The notes under the pieces are model-generated. The model did no database searches, had not been told where the DNA came from, and saw only the letters and a list, made by a program, of their open reading frames with translations. Source: Andalucia godoyi And28 (taxonomy: Eukaryota > Protista > Jakobida). From it: a stretch of 64,000 nt of DNA. Shown in pieces: positions 1 to 10,811 of this stretch. Within the stretch, counting starts at the first letter, position 1. Each line of letters starts with the position of its first letter. The DNA lies in the NCBI GenBank assembly GCA_009859145.1, contig VRVR01000016.1:7780-71779 (forward strand). The letters are read 5' to 3'. The position numbers and the translations under genes were made by a program.

Positions 1-73
1 TGTCTTCGCGATTCCTTGTTGTCCAACTGTCCGTTCTCAGCGAATATTCTCGGCCTCTTTTGTTTTGCGGAAA

Positions 74-1429
74 ATGGGGAAAGTCAAGGACGAACGGAAG
101 ATTTCATGGTCCGAAGTGGAGAAACACAACAAGCCCTCGGATGCGTGGCTTGTTATTCACGGCAATGTGTATAATATGACGGACTTCGTGAAGAACCATC
201 CCGGAGGCGATATGATCATGATGGGAGCGGGCCGCGATGCAAGCGCGCTTTTTGAATCGCACCATCCTCTGAAGGTCACGACCCATTTGGAGAATATTGA
301 GAAGTTTCTGGTCGGTGCCGTGGAACCGGGTGCCCATCACACGGAAGGAGTGCATTCGTTTACGTCCCCCTTCTACCGAACGCTGAAGATGCGCGTCGAA
401 GAATACTTCAACAAGAAGAAGCTTTCCCCTCGTGATTCTCCGTACATGTACATGAAGGGCGTGTTCTTCTTCGCGTGCTGGATTGCGTTTTACTATGGCA
501 CGTACTTTGCGTTCCCGGATTCCATGATGCTCTCTGCCATTTCTGCGGTCTTCTACGGATCTGCAGTGGCGTTTGTGGGGATCAATATCATGCATGACGG
601 AAACCATGGTGGATACAGCAACCGTCCTCTGATGAATTGGATTGCCGGTGCAACCATGGACTTTATCGGTGGTTCTTCATTCGTCTGGAAGCAAATTCAT
701 CAAATCGGGCACCACGTTCACACAAATGTTGATGAGCTGGATCCAGATATTCATACTGCAGAGCCCCATTTTCGAAGAATCAAGGATTCCCAAAAATTCT
801 TTGCACACTATGCATACCAGCACATCTATCTCGTTGCCTTGTACTCGGTCTTGTCAATCGAGATGTACTTCCGTGACATGTTTGCCGTGCTGAAGCCGAA
901 GAAGGAGTACAATGGCGTGAAGTTCCAGTACATGTCCGGTCGCGAGCAGGCCCTGTTTTGGATTGCCAAGGTCGGATTTGCAGTGATGAACGTGTACCTT
1001 CCTCTTCAGATGTATTCCTGGCAGCGTGTTGCCTTCCTTTCGCTGATCCACTACTCGATGTCATCGTACGTGCTTGTTACGATGTTCCAGGTGAATCACG
1101 TCGTCGAGAAGGCAAAGTTCTTCCACACGGATCCTTCCACTGGAAAAGTCTCCGTTGATTGGGCTGTTATGCAACTCCATGGATCCTCCAACTTCGCGGC
1201 TGGTTCTCGATTGTGGAACTTCATTTCCGGCGGTTTGAATCACCAAACGGAACATCACTTGTTTCCCGCAGTTTGCCACGTGCACTATGCGGATCTGGCA
1301 CCCATCGTGCAGCAGACGGCTGAGGAGTTCCACTTGACGTACAACAACTACCCGTCCTTCTTTGCCGCTCTTTCGGGTCACTGGGCACTTATCCGCCGCC
1401 TTGGAAATTACCGACCGAAGCTTGTGTAA
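74..1429 (+). CDS. Cytochrome b5-fused front-end fatty acid desaturase (delta-5/delta-6 type)
   Basis: N-terminal b5 heme motif HPGG; histidine boxes HDGNH, HQIGHH and QTEHH (Q-substituted third box is typical of front-end desaturases). First ATG is at 74. Confidence 0.93.
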   Translation: MGKVKDERKISWSEVEKHNKPSDAWLVIHGNVYNMTDFVKNHPGGDMIMMGAGRDASALFESHHPLKVTTHLENIEKFLVGAVEPGAHHTEGVHSFTSPFYRTLKMRVEEYFNKKKLSPRDSPYMYMKGVFFFACWIAFYYGTYFAFPDSMMLSAISAVFYGSAVAFVGINIMHDGNHGGYSNRPLMNWIAGATMDFIGGSSFVWKQIHQIGHHVHTNVDELDPDIHTAEPHFRRIKDSQKFFAHYAYQHIYLVALYSVLSIEMYFRDMFAVLKPKKEYNGVKFQYMSGREQALFWIAKVGFAVMNVYLPLQMYSWQRVAFLSLIHYSMSSYVLVTMFQVNHVVEKAKFFHTDPSTGKVSVDWAVMQLHGSSNFAAGSRLWNFISGGLNHQTEHHLFPAVCHVHYADLAPIVQQTAEEFHLTYNNYPSFFAALSGHWALIRRLGNYRPKLV

Positions 1430-1556
1430 CAGTCTCGGATAGTGGGTGTTTGATAAAAATTAAAAAAGTCGTTGGTTGTCTTGAGCGCTTCGAAGTGTTC
1501 GCCTCGCTTCGTGTTTTTTGATGATTATTATTTTAATTTAAAATAATTTAAAACAA

Positions 1557-2909
1557 TTATTTTGCATCAAGAAACGACGATACAATTTGAAGAGCAGCGG
1601 CGAGTGTTGTGGCCTCTTCTTGTATAGACTTCTTCAAATCACGAATCACATATCCTTGCTCTGTAGCCCCTCTTTCGCAAAGACGTTCAAACACGACAAA
1701 ATCTGCAGAGATCCTGCTAGCCTTTTTTAAGGCTTTGTCCAGACGGACATCTTCGAAGTTGTGAAGGACGACCACATTCCCGCAGCACAAGCGAATGGAT
1801 CGCGCAAGTTGATACAGATATGGAGCATTTCCAACGACAACAACGACAACCACCGGCATTTCCGGAGATACGGTGTGGGCATCGTCAGGGTATCGAAGAA
1901 GCGACAGCCGTTCCACACCAGCGGCCCATCCAATCGAAGGTACGTTTTTACCTCCGAGGGCCTCCGAAAGCCCGTCATAACGCCCCCCTGCCAACACAGT
2001 CGACTGCGACTCGCCAAGCAACGGAGACTCGCAAGCCACCTCAAAGCAAGTATGGGAATAGTAATCCAAACCACGGACCAGTCTTGGGTCCACATGCAAC
2101 TCGAATCGTTGCATCATTTCCGGGCCGAACTGCTCCAAATAGTCCTGCAGCAAAGACCGGACCTCCATAAATCGGGCGCTGGACAAAGGATTCAGAAATT
2201 CCATCAAAGACGGGGCAGTTGTAATCGCTTCTCGATCTTCTGGGCTCTTGGAATCGAGGATCCTCAAAACGGAACCGCGTCGAAATCGAGATGCTGAATC
2301 CTCCGAAAGCGAGGACAGATGCTTTTCGAAATGGGACGTCAGCTCCTTGCGGTAACTCGTTCGAGATTCTGCATCCCCCAAGCTGTTAACGAGGACCTTA
2401 AACTTCAAGTTGGAGAAGGAGGTCGTTGGAAACAAGTTGTTCAAAAAATCCAAACCCACGGAAAGGCACTCCACGTCTGCGCGAGGGTGCGAAGATCCAA
2501 GAAGTTCAATTCCTGTTTGATGAAACTGTCGAAGGCGACCTTTCTGGGGTCGTTCATACCGAAACATTGGCCCGCAGTACATCCATCGATGCGGAAATGT
2601 GTGATGCAGATCGGGCTCGGACAACAGCGCTCTCACGACGGATGCAGTCATTTCTGGGCGCAGAATCAGTTCCTCGCGCGATGCACTACCATCCGAACCA
2701 GAAACTGCGTACATTTCTTTCGCTACAACATCGCTGTCGTCGCCGAGACTTCGCACAAACACGGATTTATGTTCCACGACGGGAGTTTCAACCATTTGGT
2801 AACCATAGCCACCGCACACTCGCATTGCGACATCCCGGATCAAAGACATTTTGCGAAATGCCGTCGGCAGCAAATCATGCATGCCTCGAGGAGGACGAAA
2901 TGAAGCCAT
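1557..2909 (-). CDS. hisS: Histidyl-tRNA synthetase, bacterial/organellar type
   Basis: RPPRGMHD, LRPEMTA, FRYERPQKGRLRQFHQ (motif 2), VRGLDYY, AGGRYDGL, GWAAGVERL (motif 3), plus a C-terminal anticodon-binding region. Confidence 0.95.
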   Translation of the reverse strand: MASFRPPRGMHDLLPTAFRKMSLIRDVAMRVCGGYGYQMVETPVVEHKSVFVRSLGDDSDVVAKEMYAVSGSDGSASREELILRPEMTASVVRALLSEPDLHHTFPHRWMYCGPMFRYERPQKGRLRQFHQTGIELLGSSHPRADVECLSVGLDFLNNLFPTTSFSNLKFKVLVNSLGDAESRTSYRKELTSHFEKHLSSLSEDSASRFRRGSVLRILDSKSPEDREAITTAPSLMEFLNPLSSARFMEVRSLLQDYLEQFGPEMMQRFELHVDPRLVRGLDYYSHTCFEVACESPLLGESQSTVLAGGRYDGLSEALGGKNVPSIGWAAGVERLSLLRYPDDAHTVSPEMPVVVVVVVGNAPYLYQLARSIRLCCGNVVVLHNFEDVRLDKALKKASRISADFVVFERLCERGATEQGYVIRDLKKSIQEEATTLAAALQIVSSFLDAK

Positions 2910-3269
2910 TTGCTTTAGTTGCGAGCTTTGCCTGCATACCCACCGTCAAACAATTGCACCGCCGCCGCATTGCATTCTTGATTGTTTTTTTCCTCGCGCG
3001 TCCAAACACGCCGCTGCGTCTTCAAAAAGCATAATTGGAACCAGGGTCGTTTTCTTTCGATCGCGAGGGCTCTGTTTCGCACATGGTCGACAGTCGTCGA
3101 TGACATTGTCCCCTCTCCCCTATTGCGTGCCTACGTTTGCTGCAAACAAAGGGGAGTTGCCGCTGCTGGGCGACGCTGCTTCTCTGGCTGACCCTCTCTT
3201 CTTCCTTTTATGCGATCTTCATTCGAGCGTGAATAAAGCAGGCAACAAGAACAAAGTTTTTCAAAGAAG

Positions 3270-5444
3270 ATGTTCCGGGACAATTCCATCTGGAACTTCG
3301 CTCCGTCGCACTGGAATCCCGATGTACCTTCCAAAGACTATGCGGCGATTCACCAGCACCATCCGACAGCGCCGATTGTGATCGATCACGGCTCGTTCCA
3401 AGTGCGTGTTGGATGGGCACATGAACAAGATCCCCGTTATGTGTTTCGTAATTTAGTTCTTCGACACAAACCTGTGAAAAATGAAGAGTTTCGAATTTCC
3501 GTCGGCAATACCATTCCTGAGTCAGAAATGTTCAAGTCTGTTGTGCGCTGCCCCTTCGAAAGGGACGTCGTCTACCATTTTGATTCTGTGGAACACGTGC
3601 TCGACCATTCGCTGTCGCTTCTAAATCTCAGTTCCTCCTCGGTTGAACACCCTTTCTTTTTGACGGAGTGTCTTGCAAATCCGAACTTTTGCCGGGGCGG
3701 AGTTTCCGAAATCGTGTTTGAAGCGTATGGCGCTCCTGCATTATCTTACGGCTTGGATGGCATTCTTGCGCTGTACAAATTTGAAACCGAGCAGGGACGC
3801 AACATCCGGCATGGTCTTGTGATCTACTCCGGCTCAGCCTGCACGTCCATCATACCGATTGTGCACGGCAAATCCGACCTGACTCGTGCGCGTCGCCTGG
3901 CTGTTGCGGGCTCGCAAGCGACAGAGTGGATGTGGAGAGTATGTTCTGCGCGAAACCCAAACATGCGCTCCAGCATTTCCATTCCGATTGCGGAAAAAAT
4001 GAAGGAATCACTTGGATATACAGTCCCCGGTGACTTTTTGCAGCACGTTTCTGAATTGGAGGCCGCTGTTGCATCCTCGGATTATGATGAAACTCAGCCC
4101 TGGCTTTCAAAGTCAGTGACTGTTCAATTGCCGTATTTTTCAAAAGCATCGGATACTTTGGACGCGGAGGATGCAGCCCGTCGAACCGCAGAATTGCTCG
4201 CGAAGAGAGAAGCATTGCGCCAAAAGTCAGCAGAAAGATTCCGCGAGATGGCGAAGCAAAAGCGCTCCAAGAAAATCGCAGAACTGGAGGCAAAATTGGA
4301 AACCATCGAAGATGAAGATGAGGTGGAAGTGCTTCGAAAAGAAATCAGCGAGCTGAAGGATCGACTGAATGCTCCTTTGACAAAGGAGGGTCCTGCCGAA
4401 GGGTCCGACGAATGGTTGCGACAAAACGATCCGGAGACTTTTCTGCAAAGGGCAATGAAAGAGCGCGATGAGATTGTTGAGCGACAGGCAAAACGAGCAA
4501 AGTTGCGAGCAGACATTGCGAAGAGGCACTCAGAAGTGAACCGACGCCGTCTCATGCTAATTGCAGATGCTGCCGGAAGTGTAGAAGATTTCAAAAACGA
4601 TTCGTCCTCCAAAGCCAGGAAGCGAAAGGCGAAGGCCGTGAAGATTGCTGCTGCTGCTGCTGCCAAGAAAAAGAAGTCTGCACAGAAGAAGGCGGTTTCA
4701 AAGCCCAAGAAGAAGGCGAAGAGAGAGGACGACGAAGAGGAGGAAGAGGTGGACGAGGACGGGGAAGAGGTGGACGAAGAGTATGGAAATATTGAACCCG
4801 AAGAAGATCTCGACGAACTGGGGAGCGATGATAACTTTGGAGAGAACGATGAGGATTGGATGGTTTATCATGAAATGGCGCGCGATTTATCGTCCGATGA
4901 AGAAGAAGCAGATTCTCAACGCCTGAAACAGCTGCAGAAAGACATTGAGACGTTGGATGCGACACAACGCCATCCTGTGGTCTCGGAAGCAGAGTGGCAT
5001 CGCATCGTTCTTGGAACGGAACGCCCCACTGTTGGCGAGCTTGTCTTTTCCCCAGCTTCTGTCCTCGGAATTGATTCTGCGGGGCTGATCCAATGTATCG
5101 TGCAGTACATATTGCCTCACTACGGGCCAGGCATCCGAAAGCAAATGCTTGAAAACGTGTTTGTTTGCGGTGGAAACAGCAAATTTCCAGGCTTCGCCGA
5201 GAGGATCGCGATGGATTTGCAGAGCTACGTTCCGGAGGATGACAAGGTTGTTGTTCGACGGGCAAAAGACGCCCAGCTAGACGCATGGAGAGGGGCTGCA
5301 GCGGCATGCAGGAGCGAGGATCCTGAAAGAAGCGTTCGCTGGATTTCACGAAAGATGTATGACGAGTGTGGCAAGCACTACCTTGTCGAACATGCGTTTT
5401 CCAATTTGTACTTTGATTCCTTCCAGCCACCTGAGATGACGTAA
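3270..5444 (+). CDS. ARP5: Actin-related protein 5 (INO80 complex)
   Basis: Actin-fold motifs PIVIDHGS, LTECLANP and VFVCGGNSKFPGF, with the long charged coiled-coil insertion characteristic of Arp5. Confidence 0.88.
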   Translation: MFRDNSIWNFAPSHWNPDVPSKDYAAIHQHHPTAPIVIDHGSFQVRVGWAHEQDPRYVFRNLVLRHKPVKNEEFRISVGNTIPESEMFKSVVRCPFERDVVYHFDSVEHVLDHSLSLLNLSSSSVEHPFFLTECLANPNFCRGGVSEIVFEAYGAPALSYGLDGILALYKFETEQGRNIRHGLVIYSGSACTSIIPIVHGKSDLTRARRLAVAGSQATEWMWRVCSARNPNMRSSISIPIAEKMKESLGYTVPGDFLQHVSELEAAVASSDYDETQPWLSKSVTVQLPYFSKASDTLDAEDAARRTAELLAKREALRQKSAERFREMAKQKRSKKIAELEAKLETIEDEDEVEVLRKEISELKDRLNAPLTKEGPAEGSDEWLRQNDPETFLQRAMKERDEIVERQAKRAKLRADIAKRHSEVNRRRLMLIADAAGSVEDFKNDSSSKARKRKAKAVKIAAAAAAKKKKSAQKKAVSKPKKKAKREDDEEEEEVDEDGEEVDEEYGNIEPEEDLDELGSDDNFGENDEDWMVYHEMARDLSSDEEEADSQRLKQLQKDIETLDATQRHPVVSEAEWHRIVLGTERPTVGELVFSPASVLGIDSAGLIQCIVQYILPHYGPGIRKQMLENVFVCGGNSKFPGFAERIAMDLQSYVPEDDKVVVRRAKDAQLDAWRGAAAACRSEDPERSVRWISRKMYDECGKHYLVEHAFSNLYFDSFQPPEMT

Positions 5445-5485
5445 AGCCACGATCAATGACGCAGGCAATGTAGATCGGCCCACGA

Positions 5486-6748
5486 TCATGCTTCCTGGAC
5501 TTCCAATTCCAACTCCTCCTTGTCGTCGTCCTCGGCGTCGTCATCGTCGTCTTCCACTGCTTCCGCGCCAGATCCACGAGCGTAGTCGTCTGGAAGCCTT
5601 TCGAACGCAATGAAGCAGTGGAGATTGCCCCCAACTTTCTTGCAGTTCTTTCTCGTCTGGACTCCTTCCTCAATCTTTCGAATGTTCAGAAAAGATGGCA
5701 TTTGAGACTCCAGGTCTGCCGAGATGTCCCTCCAGCGCAAGCAGTGGACTGCCCGAGATGTTCTGCTCGAGTCTCCAACAAGGATCCATGTTTGAAAATC
5801 TGCAGGCGCTGCCGCTGCATCTTGACCATCTCCCGCTCGATACGCTTGAGATGCGTCTACGGGAGTGTCGTCAAACCCCATTGGGCACATGTAATGATTC
5901 CAGCAGTGGTAGATAACGGCCATCTTAGGATCCAGTATTGCGGATTTAAGTCTTGTCAGCGCTTGCTCGCTGGTGATTCCGGGGGTCCGCATCTTTCCGT
6001 GGGGTTTCCAATGAATAGAGGCACGCCCAGAAACCCCAAAATGCGCGCAAAGCATGCGAAACCACCGCATGAGTGTTCCGTTTCCAGTAAAGGGGCCAAA
6101 GCGAATGGCATCAAATGGCGGTTGGAACCCAAGGATCAGCAGCAGCTCCTCTTGTGTGAGCACCTTGAGAGTCTTTCCGACCCCTACGTTTGGACCCATT
6201 TCAGAAAACAGGTAATTCCAGCAAGCGGTCAGAGACGAGATTCCACATGAGAACTTGTATTGCGGACGCGAGATGCACAGCCACATGTTTGTGTCCAAGT
6301 ATTTTCTGCGTTTCCACATGGCCTCATACGTCATCGTCCACGACGCTTGCATCTTCAAATAGCCCTCATTATAATCCACGTCTTCGTCCGTGTTCATAGA
6401 TGCAGACGCAGATGCAAATGCAGCGGCGACGGCAAACGTTGCATCTCCGGAAACTGCTGGAACAGACGGAGCCGCAGCTAATGTTGAGGATGATGACGGC
6501 TCCGTCTTGCGTTTGGACTTTTGTTTGGAACCGCGTTTTGGAGGCTCTTGAAAGTCAATAAAAAACGCTTTTGGTTTCGCGTCTACAGATTGCTTTTGGA
6601 CGCTGGAATCCGAGCATGGCTGCTCGATCACAGCGTCCGTCGTGCCGCCATCCGCATTCTTGTCATGAACAGTGCTAACAGAGTCGGCAAATGTCAAAGT
6701 CAATCGTTTTACCAGCGAAAACAGAACCCCTGCGAATCCAAATATCAT
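5486..6748 (-). CDS. BIVM: BIVM-like protein
   Basis: WLCISRPQYKFSCGISSLTACWNYLF, GPFTGNGTLMRWF, YHCWNHY and GGNLHCFIAF match the conserved BIVM core as I recall it. Confidence 0.8.
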   Translation of the reverse strand: MIFGFAGVLFSLVKRLTLTFADSVSTVHDKNADGGTTDAVIEQPCSDSSVQKQSVDAKPKAFFIDFQEPPKRGSKQKSKRKTEPSSSSTLAAAPSVPAVSGDATFAVAAAFASASASMNTDEDVDYNEGYLKMQASWTMTYEAMWKRRKYLDTNMWLCISRPQYKFSCGISSLTACWNYLFSEMGPNVGVGKTLKVLTQEELLLILGFQPPFDAIRFGPFTGNGTLMRWFRMLCAHFGVSGRASIHWKPHGKMRTPGITSEQALTRLKSAILDPKMAVIYHCWNHYMCPMGFDDTPVDASQAYRAGDGQDAAAAPADFQTWILVGDSSRTSRAVHCLRWRDISADLESQMPSFLNIRKIEEGVQTRKNCKKVGGNLHCFIAFERLPDDYARGSGAEAVEDDDDDAEDDDKEELELEVQEA

Positions 6749-6796
6749 GAGAGTCGGTAAAACGTACTGTGTGATTGCGATAAGCTGGTTTTATCA

Positions 6797-7004
6797 ACAA
6801 CAACAACAATAACAACAGTAATAATAATAATAAACAATAAATGATAAGGGCGTTTACGTTAAAATGCAATTCCAAAATTCCCGGCAATTCCTGTTTTTCC
6901 GTTTCTCCTTCTCTCCTTCTCTTTTCCTTTCTGTCCTTCTCTCCTTCTCTCCTTCTCTCCTTCTCTCCTTCTCTCCTTCTCTCCTTCTCTTTTCCTTTCT
7001 GTCC
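6797..7004. repeat. (CAA/TAA)n run and pyrimidine-rich (CCTTCTCT)n tandem repeat
   Basis: About seven CCTTCTCT units at ~6935-6990, flanked by duplicated TTTTCCTTTCTGTCC; CAA/TAA triplets at 6797-6840. Confidence 0.85.
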
Positions 7005-7652
7005 TTTACCCCCTTATCTGGTATCCGTTGTCTTTTGCTTGTTTCCTCTTTTCCCCTTTCCCCCGTGTACTTCGTTGTGTCAAATAATTAAAATATTAAA
7101 TAAAACACTGTTGTGTTCATATTTTGACATTTTACCTTTCATTAGGCACCACGTCGCCACACTTCGCCACGCCCTGTTGGGATATCCTTTTCGTCTTCTT
7201 CATCCTTTCGTATTTTCCAGACCCTGTCGTGCAACGGCACCTTTCGAGGGTCTCTCTCTTTTGTTTGTTTATTCGTTTTTGTTTTGTGTTTCTGTTTTTT
7301 CCTGTGTTTGTTATTTCTTCTTTGTGCGTATACTAAAATAAAAAGAGAAGTATTTTATTTTAGTTTCAAGAATACTCTTTATTACAACACTACCACAGCG
7401 GTGTGCGCCATCCGGCGAGCCATCTTTATTTCGGTTCCATCAGCACCCAAAGAGGGTGCGCATGAAGATGCTTGCGTAGGGCGCTCGTGAAAGATGGGCG
7501 TGAGAACTGCGGAGTGTCTGCGTCTGCCGGAGATTTCACGACCGTTCCCCGGATTCTTTTGCATCGGTTTAAATGGGTGTGCCCCTAATAAGGAGCAGGA
7601 AGAAGGCGCGATGCTTGTTGTGTTTTGCGTTTCCAAGTTTGTTTGTTCCGAT

Positions 7653-8411
7653 CTACAGTGACGAATCCATCTGCGGCTGATCTGGCTCCACGAGTGCCGG
7701 AGGGTTCTCCATGAATCTTGCGCAGAGATTACGGTAAGCATTGACGCACCCAGCGGTTGTTGGGACATAGTGTCCGCCGCTGTGCTTGACGAGAATCGCA
7801 TCTGCAAAACAGTCCACAAGCTTTTGCGATTCCTTTGGCGGAATCAAATCATCAGTCTCTCCAACAACATGCAGAGTTGGAATTGAAAATGGAGAGACAT
7901 CCACGGATTGGTTTGTCGCGGGATACAAGTGAGACACGGCTTGGGCTCTTGGAACAAATCCGGACACCAAAATCATAAATTTCACAGAAGCGGGCAATGC
8001 ATTAGTTGCAACCAAGTAGGATGCAAATGCCGCTCCTTGTGAGAATCCGAGAATGCCATCAAACGGTCCTGCGGACAAGTTGTAGGCCTGCACGGCTTGG
8101 ACTGCATCTTCTACGCCGTGGTACACGTAGGTTCGAATGGTAGCCGGTTGATCAGCACCATGCGTAGCCTCGGGATTGGCGATTTCGACCTCTTCAAACT
8201 TCCACCATGTTCTGCGGTTCACTGCCTTGACTTCCCCCGTTGTTTCATCCACCACCGTTTCCTGCATGTCATGCGGTGCCTCGAGAAACTCGAGATCTGC
8301 ATAGGATTTCAGATATTTGCGCAGCGCACCAAGCCGGCCTCGAAATCCGCTCGCGTTTTGTCGAAACCCATGAAAACAAAGAATCCTTAATTTTCTTGCT
8401 GGACTGCTCAT
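7653..8411 (-). CDS. FSH1: FSH1/OVCA2-family serine hydrolase
   Basis: LRILCFHGFRQN, GILGFSQG nucleophile motif, PTLHVVGETDDLI and HSGGHYVP. ATG at 8411 is the likely start. Confidence 0.9.
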   Translation of the reverse strand: MSSPARKLRILCFHGFRQNASGFRGRLGALRKYLKSYADLEFLEAPHDMQETVVDETTGEVKAVNRRTWWKFEEVEIANPEATHGADQPATIRTYVYHGVEDAVQAVQAYNLSAGPFDGILGFSQGAAFASYLVATNALPASVKFMILVSGFVPRAQAVSHLYPATNQSVDVSPFSIPTLHVVGETDDLIPPKESQKLVDCFADAILVKHSGGHYVPTTAGCVNAYRNLCARFMENPPALVEPDQPQMDSSL

Positions 8412-9265
8412 TCTGATGGGACAGGCCGTCAGTATGCTTGTTCGACGGTGTGTCGACTGCCTTGCACGAATGAAGCCCGTTCCGCAGTTCATGAATCGTG
8501 ATTCGCGAATCATGGCTTTCAACCAGGCAGTGTGCACGGAGGGAGGGGGAGGGGGCCTACGACAGGAGCTCCGGCTGTTATTTTATATTGTAGATTCAGG
8601 CGTGCTATCGACAAAACTCCCCTTAATAAGCGCCCAGTCGATGCGTGTTTGGTTTCCCATGCTTGGAGACGGTTAACCATGTCCTTTTGCACTACGAGCA
8701 TCTTTCTAAGGCGCGGTATAGATGAACAAACGGAATCCGTCATTAGCTCAATGCATCGGTCAAAACTGCTGATTTTTTGCATTGCCATGAAGGAGCGTTT
8801 ACTTAAATGATTTCCGATTTTGAGTGGTGGTGCGAGATTTCTGTTGTTCCCTAAATGTGTGCAGATCCTGTTTTGAGATGCAGGAGGCGCGCACTTTCAG
8901 CGTTTGGCGAAAGGGATAGACGGCTTTTTGAGGAATTGCTTCTACTTGCTGTCTGAATTCTGTGATTGGATGTATCACAAACGCCGTGTGTGCTTTTTAT
9001 TGAAAGACAACCGGTCTTTTTGGAAGGAAGAATTAGAGTGGTATCCAGTGAATCCAAAACATGGAGTTGCGGATGCCGGTGAGGGAGGAGTCGGATTCCA
9101 GTGTTGCAACCGTTTCTTCTGTGATGCAATACTGACAAATTCGCGGCTGTTTCCGGCTGCAGCCATAAGGTTGATTACTTGACAACCATGCATCTACACT
9201 GAGACAACGTACTGTTGAAAGCTTGTGCTTAGACATGTCACCGAAAACATGTAACTAGCTAGCTA

Positions 9266-9266
9266 A

Positions 9267-9303
<37 letters not shown>
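9266..9303. repeat. (TAT)n microsatellite
   Basis: Direct reading, 3' of lunapark. Confidence 0.9.
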
Positions 9304-9333
9304 TTAATTAAAAAATTTACATTCCGTCGATTG

Positions 9334-10398
9334 CTACTTGTCCTTCTTGGATTCGGCAGGTCCTGTTGTCGCGGGGTTCGATGCCTGGGAGTTGGGACCC
9401 GAAGCATTCAGCTGCATAGGCGCGGAGTTTGGAGGAGACAGCTCAACTCGAAACTCGCCATTTTCAAACCTGTTCCTTCTATGACATTTCCTGCATTCAA
9501 AAATGGTATGATGCAACACTCGACCATTATGCTGCCCGCAAGCTTGGCAGAATGCATCGACAATTGTGGATTCGTCAATTCCAACGGCGAGTCCAATCAG
9601 CTTTCCAAACCAACCCTCTTTCTGCTTCTCTGCAGTCGCTGCAGTGCGTGCAGCCTCTGCAACTGGAACTGCTGCTGTTGGTGCAGCAGATGCACTGAGC
9701 GCTTCAGACGCATTGGATGCATGGGATCTACCAGCAATCCGAGAACCAGATTGTGAGATCGGAGTCGAAAGCAGCTCCGACTTGACAGCAGATGCTGGCA
9801 TCGCTGGAATGGAGACGGCAGGTGAGGAGGGAGACGTTACCGGCAGACGAACCTTTGAAGGCGTGGGAGAAACGACGGATTTTGCTTTTCTTGCAGTCGC
9901 CGGTGTGCCTGGAATGCCATTGTGCTGCGACACGCTGTCATTGGTCGCGGCCGCCGACTCTTGCTTCAACACATATTCATCGTACGACATTCCAAGTGCC
10001 GAAAAATTAGAGTCGAATTGTGTTTTTGCTTCTGCAATTAGCTTTTCGCACTTTCTGCCGCATCGACGAGCTTGCCATCTCAACACTCTGATGAGCGCAA
10101 TCCATGCTAGGACGCCTGGCAGTAGGATGTACGAAGCATAGACCATCTGATTGTGTGCTAATCGAAATGCAGGAAACCGGAAAGCCACGCCAATGTATAA
10201 CGAGATCAGAACACAGAACCAAATGAGACGAGTCTTCGTTCTTCTGGCAAACTGCAGGTACATTTGCTGCCGTTTTGAAAATCGAAGGCCTTGCTGATGA
10301 TTGTGTCGAATCTCCTGCAAAACTTCTGCAATTTTGTTCTTGAATCCCGCTTCGCGGCTTCTGAACAAGCGAAAGGGTGTCGTCAGCACACTCGTCAT
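9334..10398 (-). CDS. LNPK: Lunapark ER-junction protein
   Basis: N-terminal coiled region, two hydrophobic segments, Pro/Ser-rich linker and C-terminal zinc ribbon CQACGQHNG...FECRKCHRRN. Confidence 0.8.
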   Translation of the reverse strand: MTSVLTTPFRLFRSREAGFKNKIAEVLQEIRHNHQQGLRFSKRQQMYLQFARRTKTRLIWFCVLISLYIGVAFRFPAFRLAHNQMVYASYILLPGVLAWIALIRVLRWQARRCGRKCEKLIAEAKTQFDSNFSALGMSYDEYVLKQESAAATNDSVSQHNGIPGTPATARKAKSVVSPTPSKVRLPVTSPSSPAVSIPAMPASAVKSELLSTPISQSGSRIAGRSHASNASEALSASAAPTAAVPVAEAARTAATAEKQKEGWFGKLIGLAVGIDESTIVDAFCQACGQHNGRVLHHTIFECRKCHRRNRFENGEFRVELSPPNSAPMQLNASGPNSQASNPATTGPAESKKDK

Positions 10399-10585
10399 CT
10401 TCTTTTTGTTGTCGTCGCCGTTCTCTTCTTATTCTTGTTCGTATTCTTCTTTTCTTTGTCTTTGTCTTTGTCTTCGCCTTGATTGGACGGTATGTGTCCC
10501 AAGGATTCTCGGTGAACAATGCTGGCGAAGCCTCCTCCAAAAGCCTGCGTTGCAAATCGAACGACGAAAAATTTGATAGAAGAAA

Positions 10586-10607
10586 TATATATATATATAT
10601 ATATATA
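10586..10607. repeat. (TA)n microsatellite in a divergent promoter
   Basis: Direct reading, between the lunapark and lysozyme starts. Confidence 0.9.
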
Positions 10608-10811
10608 AATCTTCTGGAGGCAGCGAGCGTCATCGAGGAAAACGAAAGGAGGACGCTCAAGCTGGTGCTCAGTTCCGTGCACGTGATGCTTGATGGTGCA
10701 GACTTCTCGTTTTCTTGTCCTCTTCCAACTTCCTTTTGCTTGCTCTCTCGCTGTTTTCGGTTTCCTTTTTCTCCTCTTTCGGATGCAACAAAACGTGAGG
10801 ATCGTAAGAAC

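Noticed and set aside
2913-2939. Tiny GTATGC...AG intron that might join an upstream ORF to HisRS
   Set aside because: The 27-nt option shifts the frame, and the in-frame alternative is only 14 nt.
8550-8600. Weak likeness to the repeat A end (GGGGGCCTA...TGTAGATTCAGG)
   Set aside because: Too short, with no hairpin or DRD remnant; could be chance.
10377-10811. Long N-terminal extensions given by the ORF track (also from 16388, 19797, 52886 and 37948)
   Set aside because: They start at non-ATG codons and read through microsatellites or T-rich promoter DNA; conserved domains begin at the downstream ATGs.
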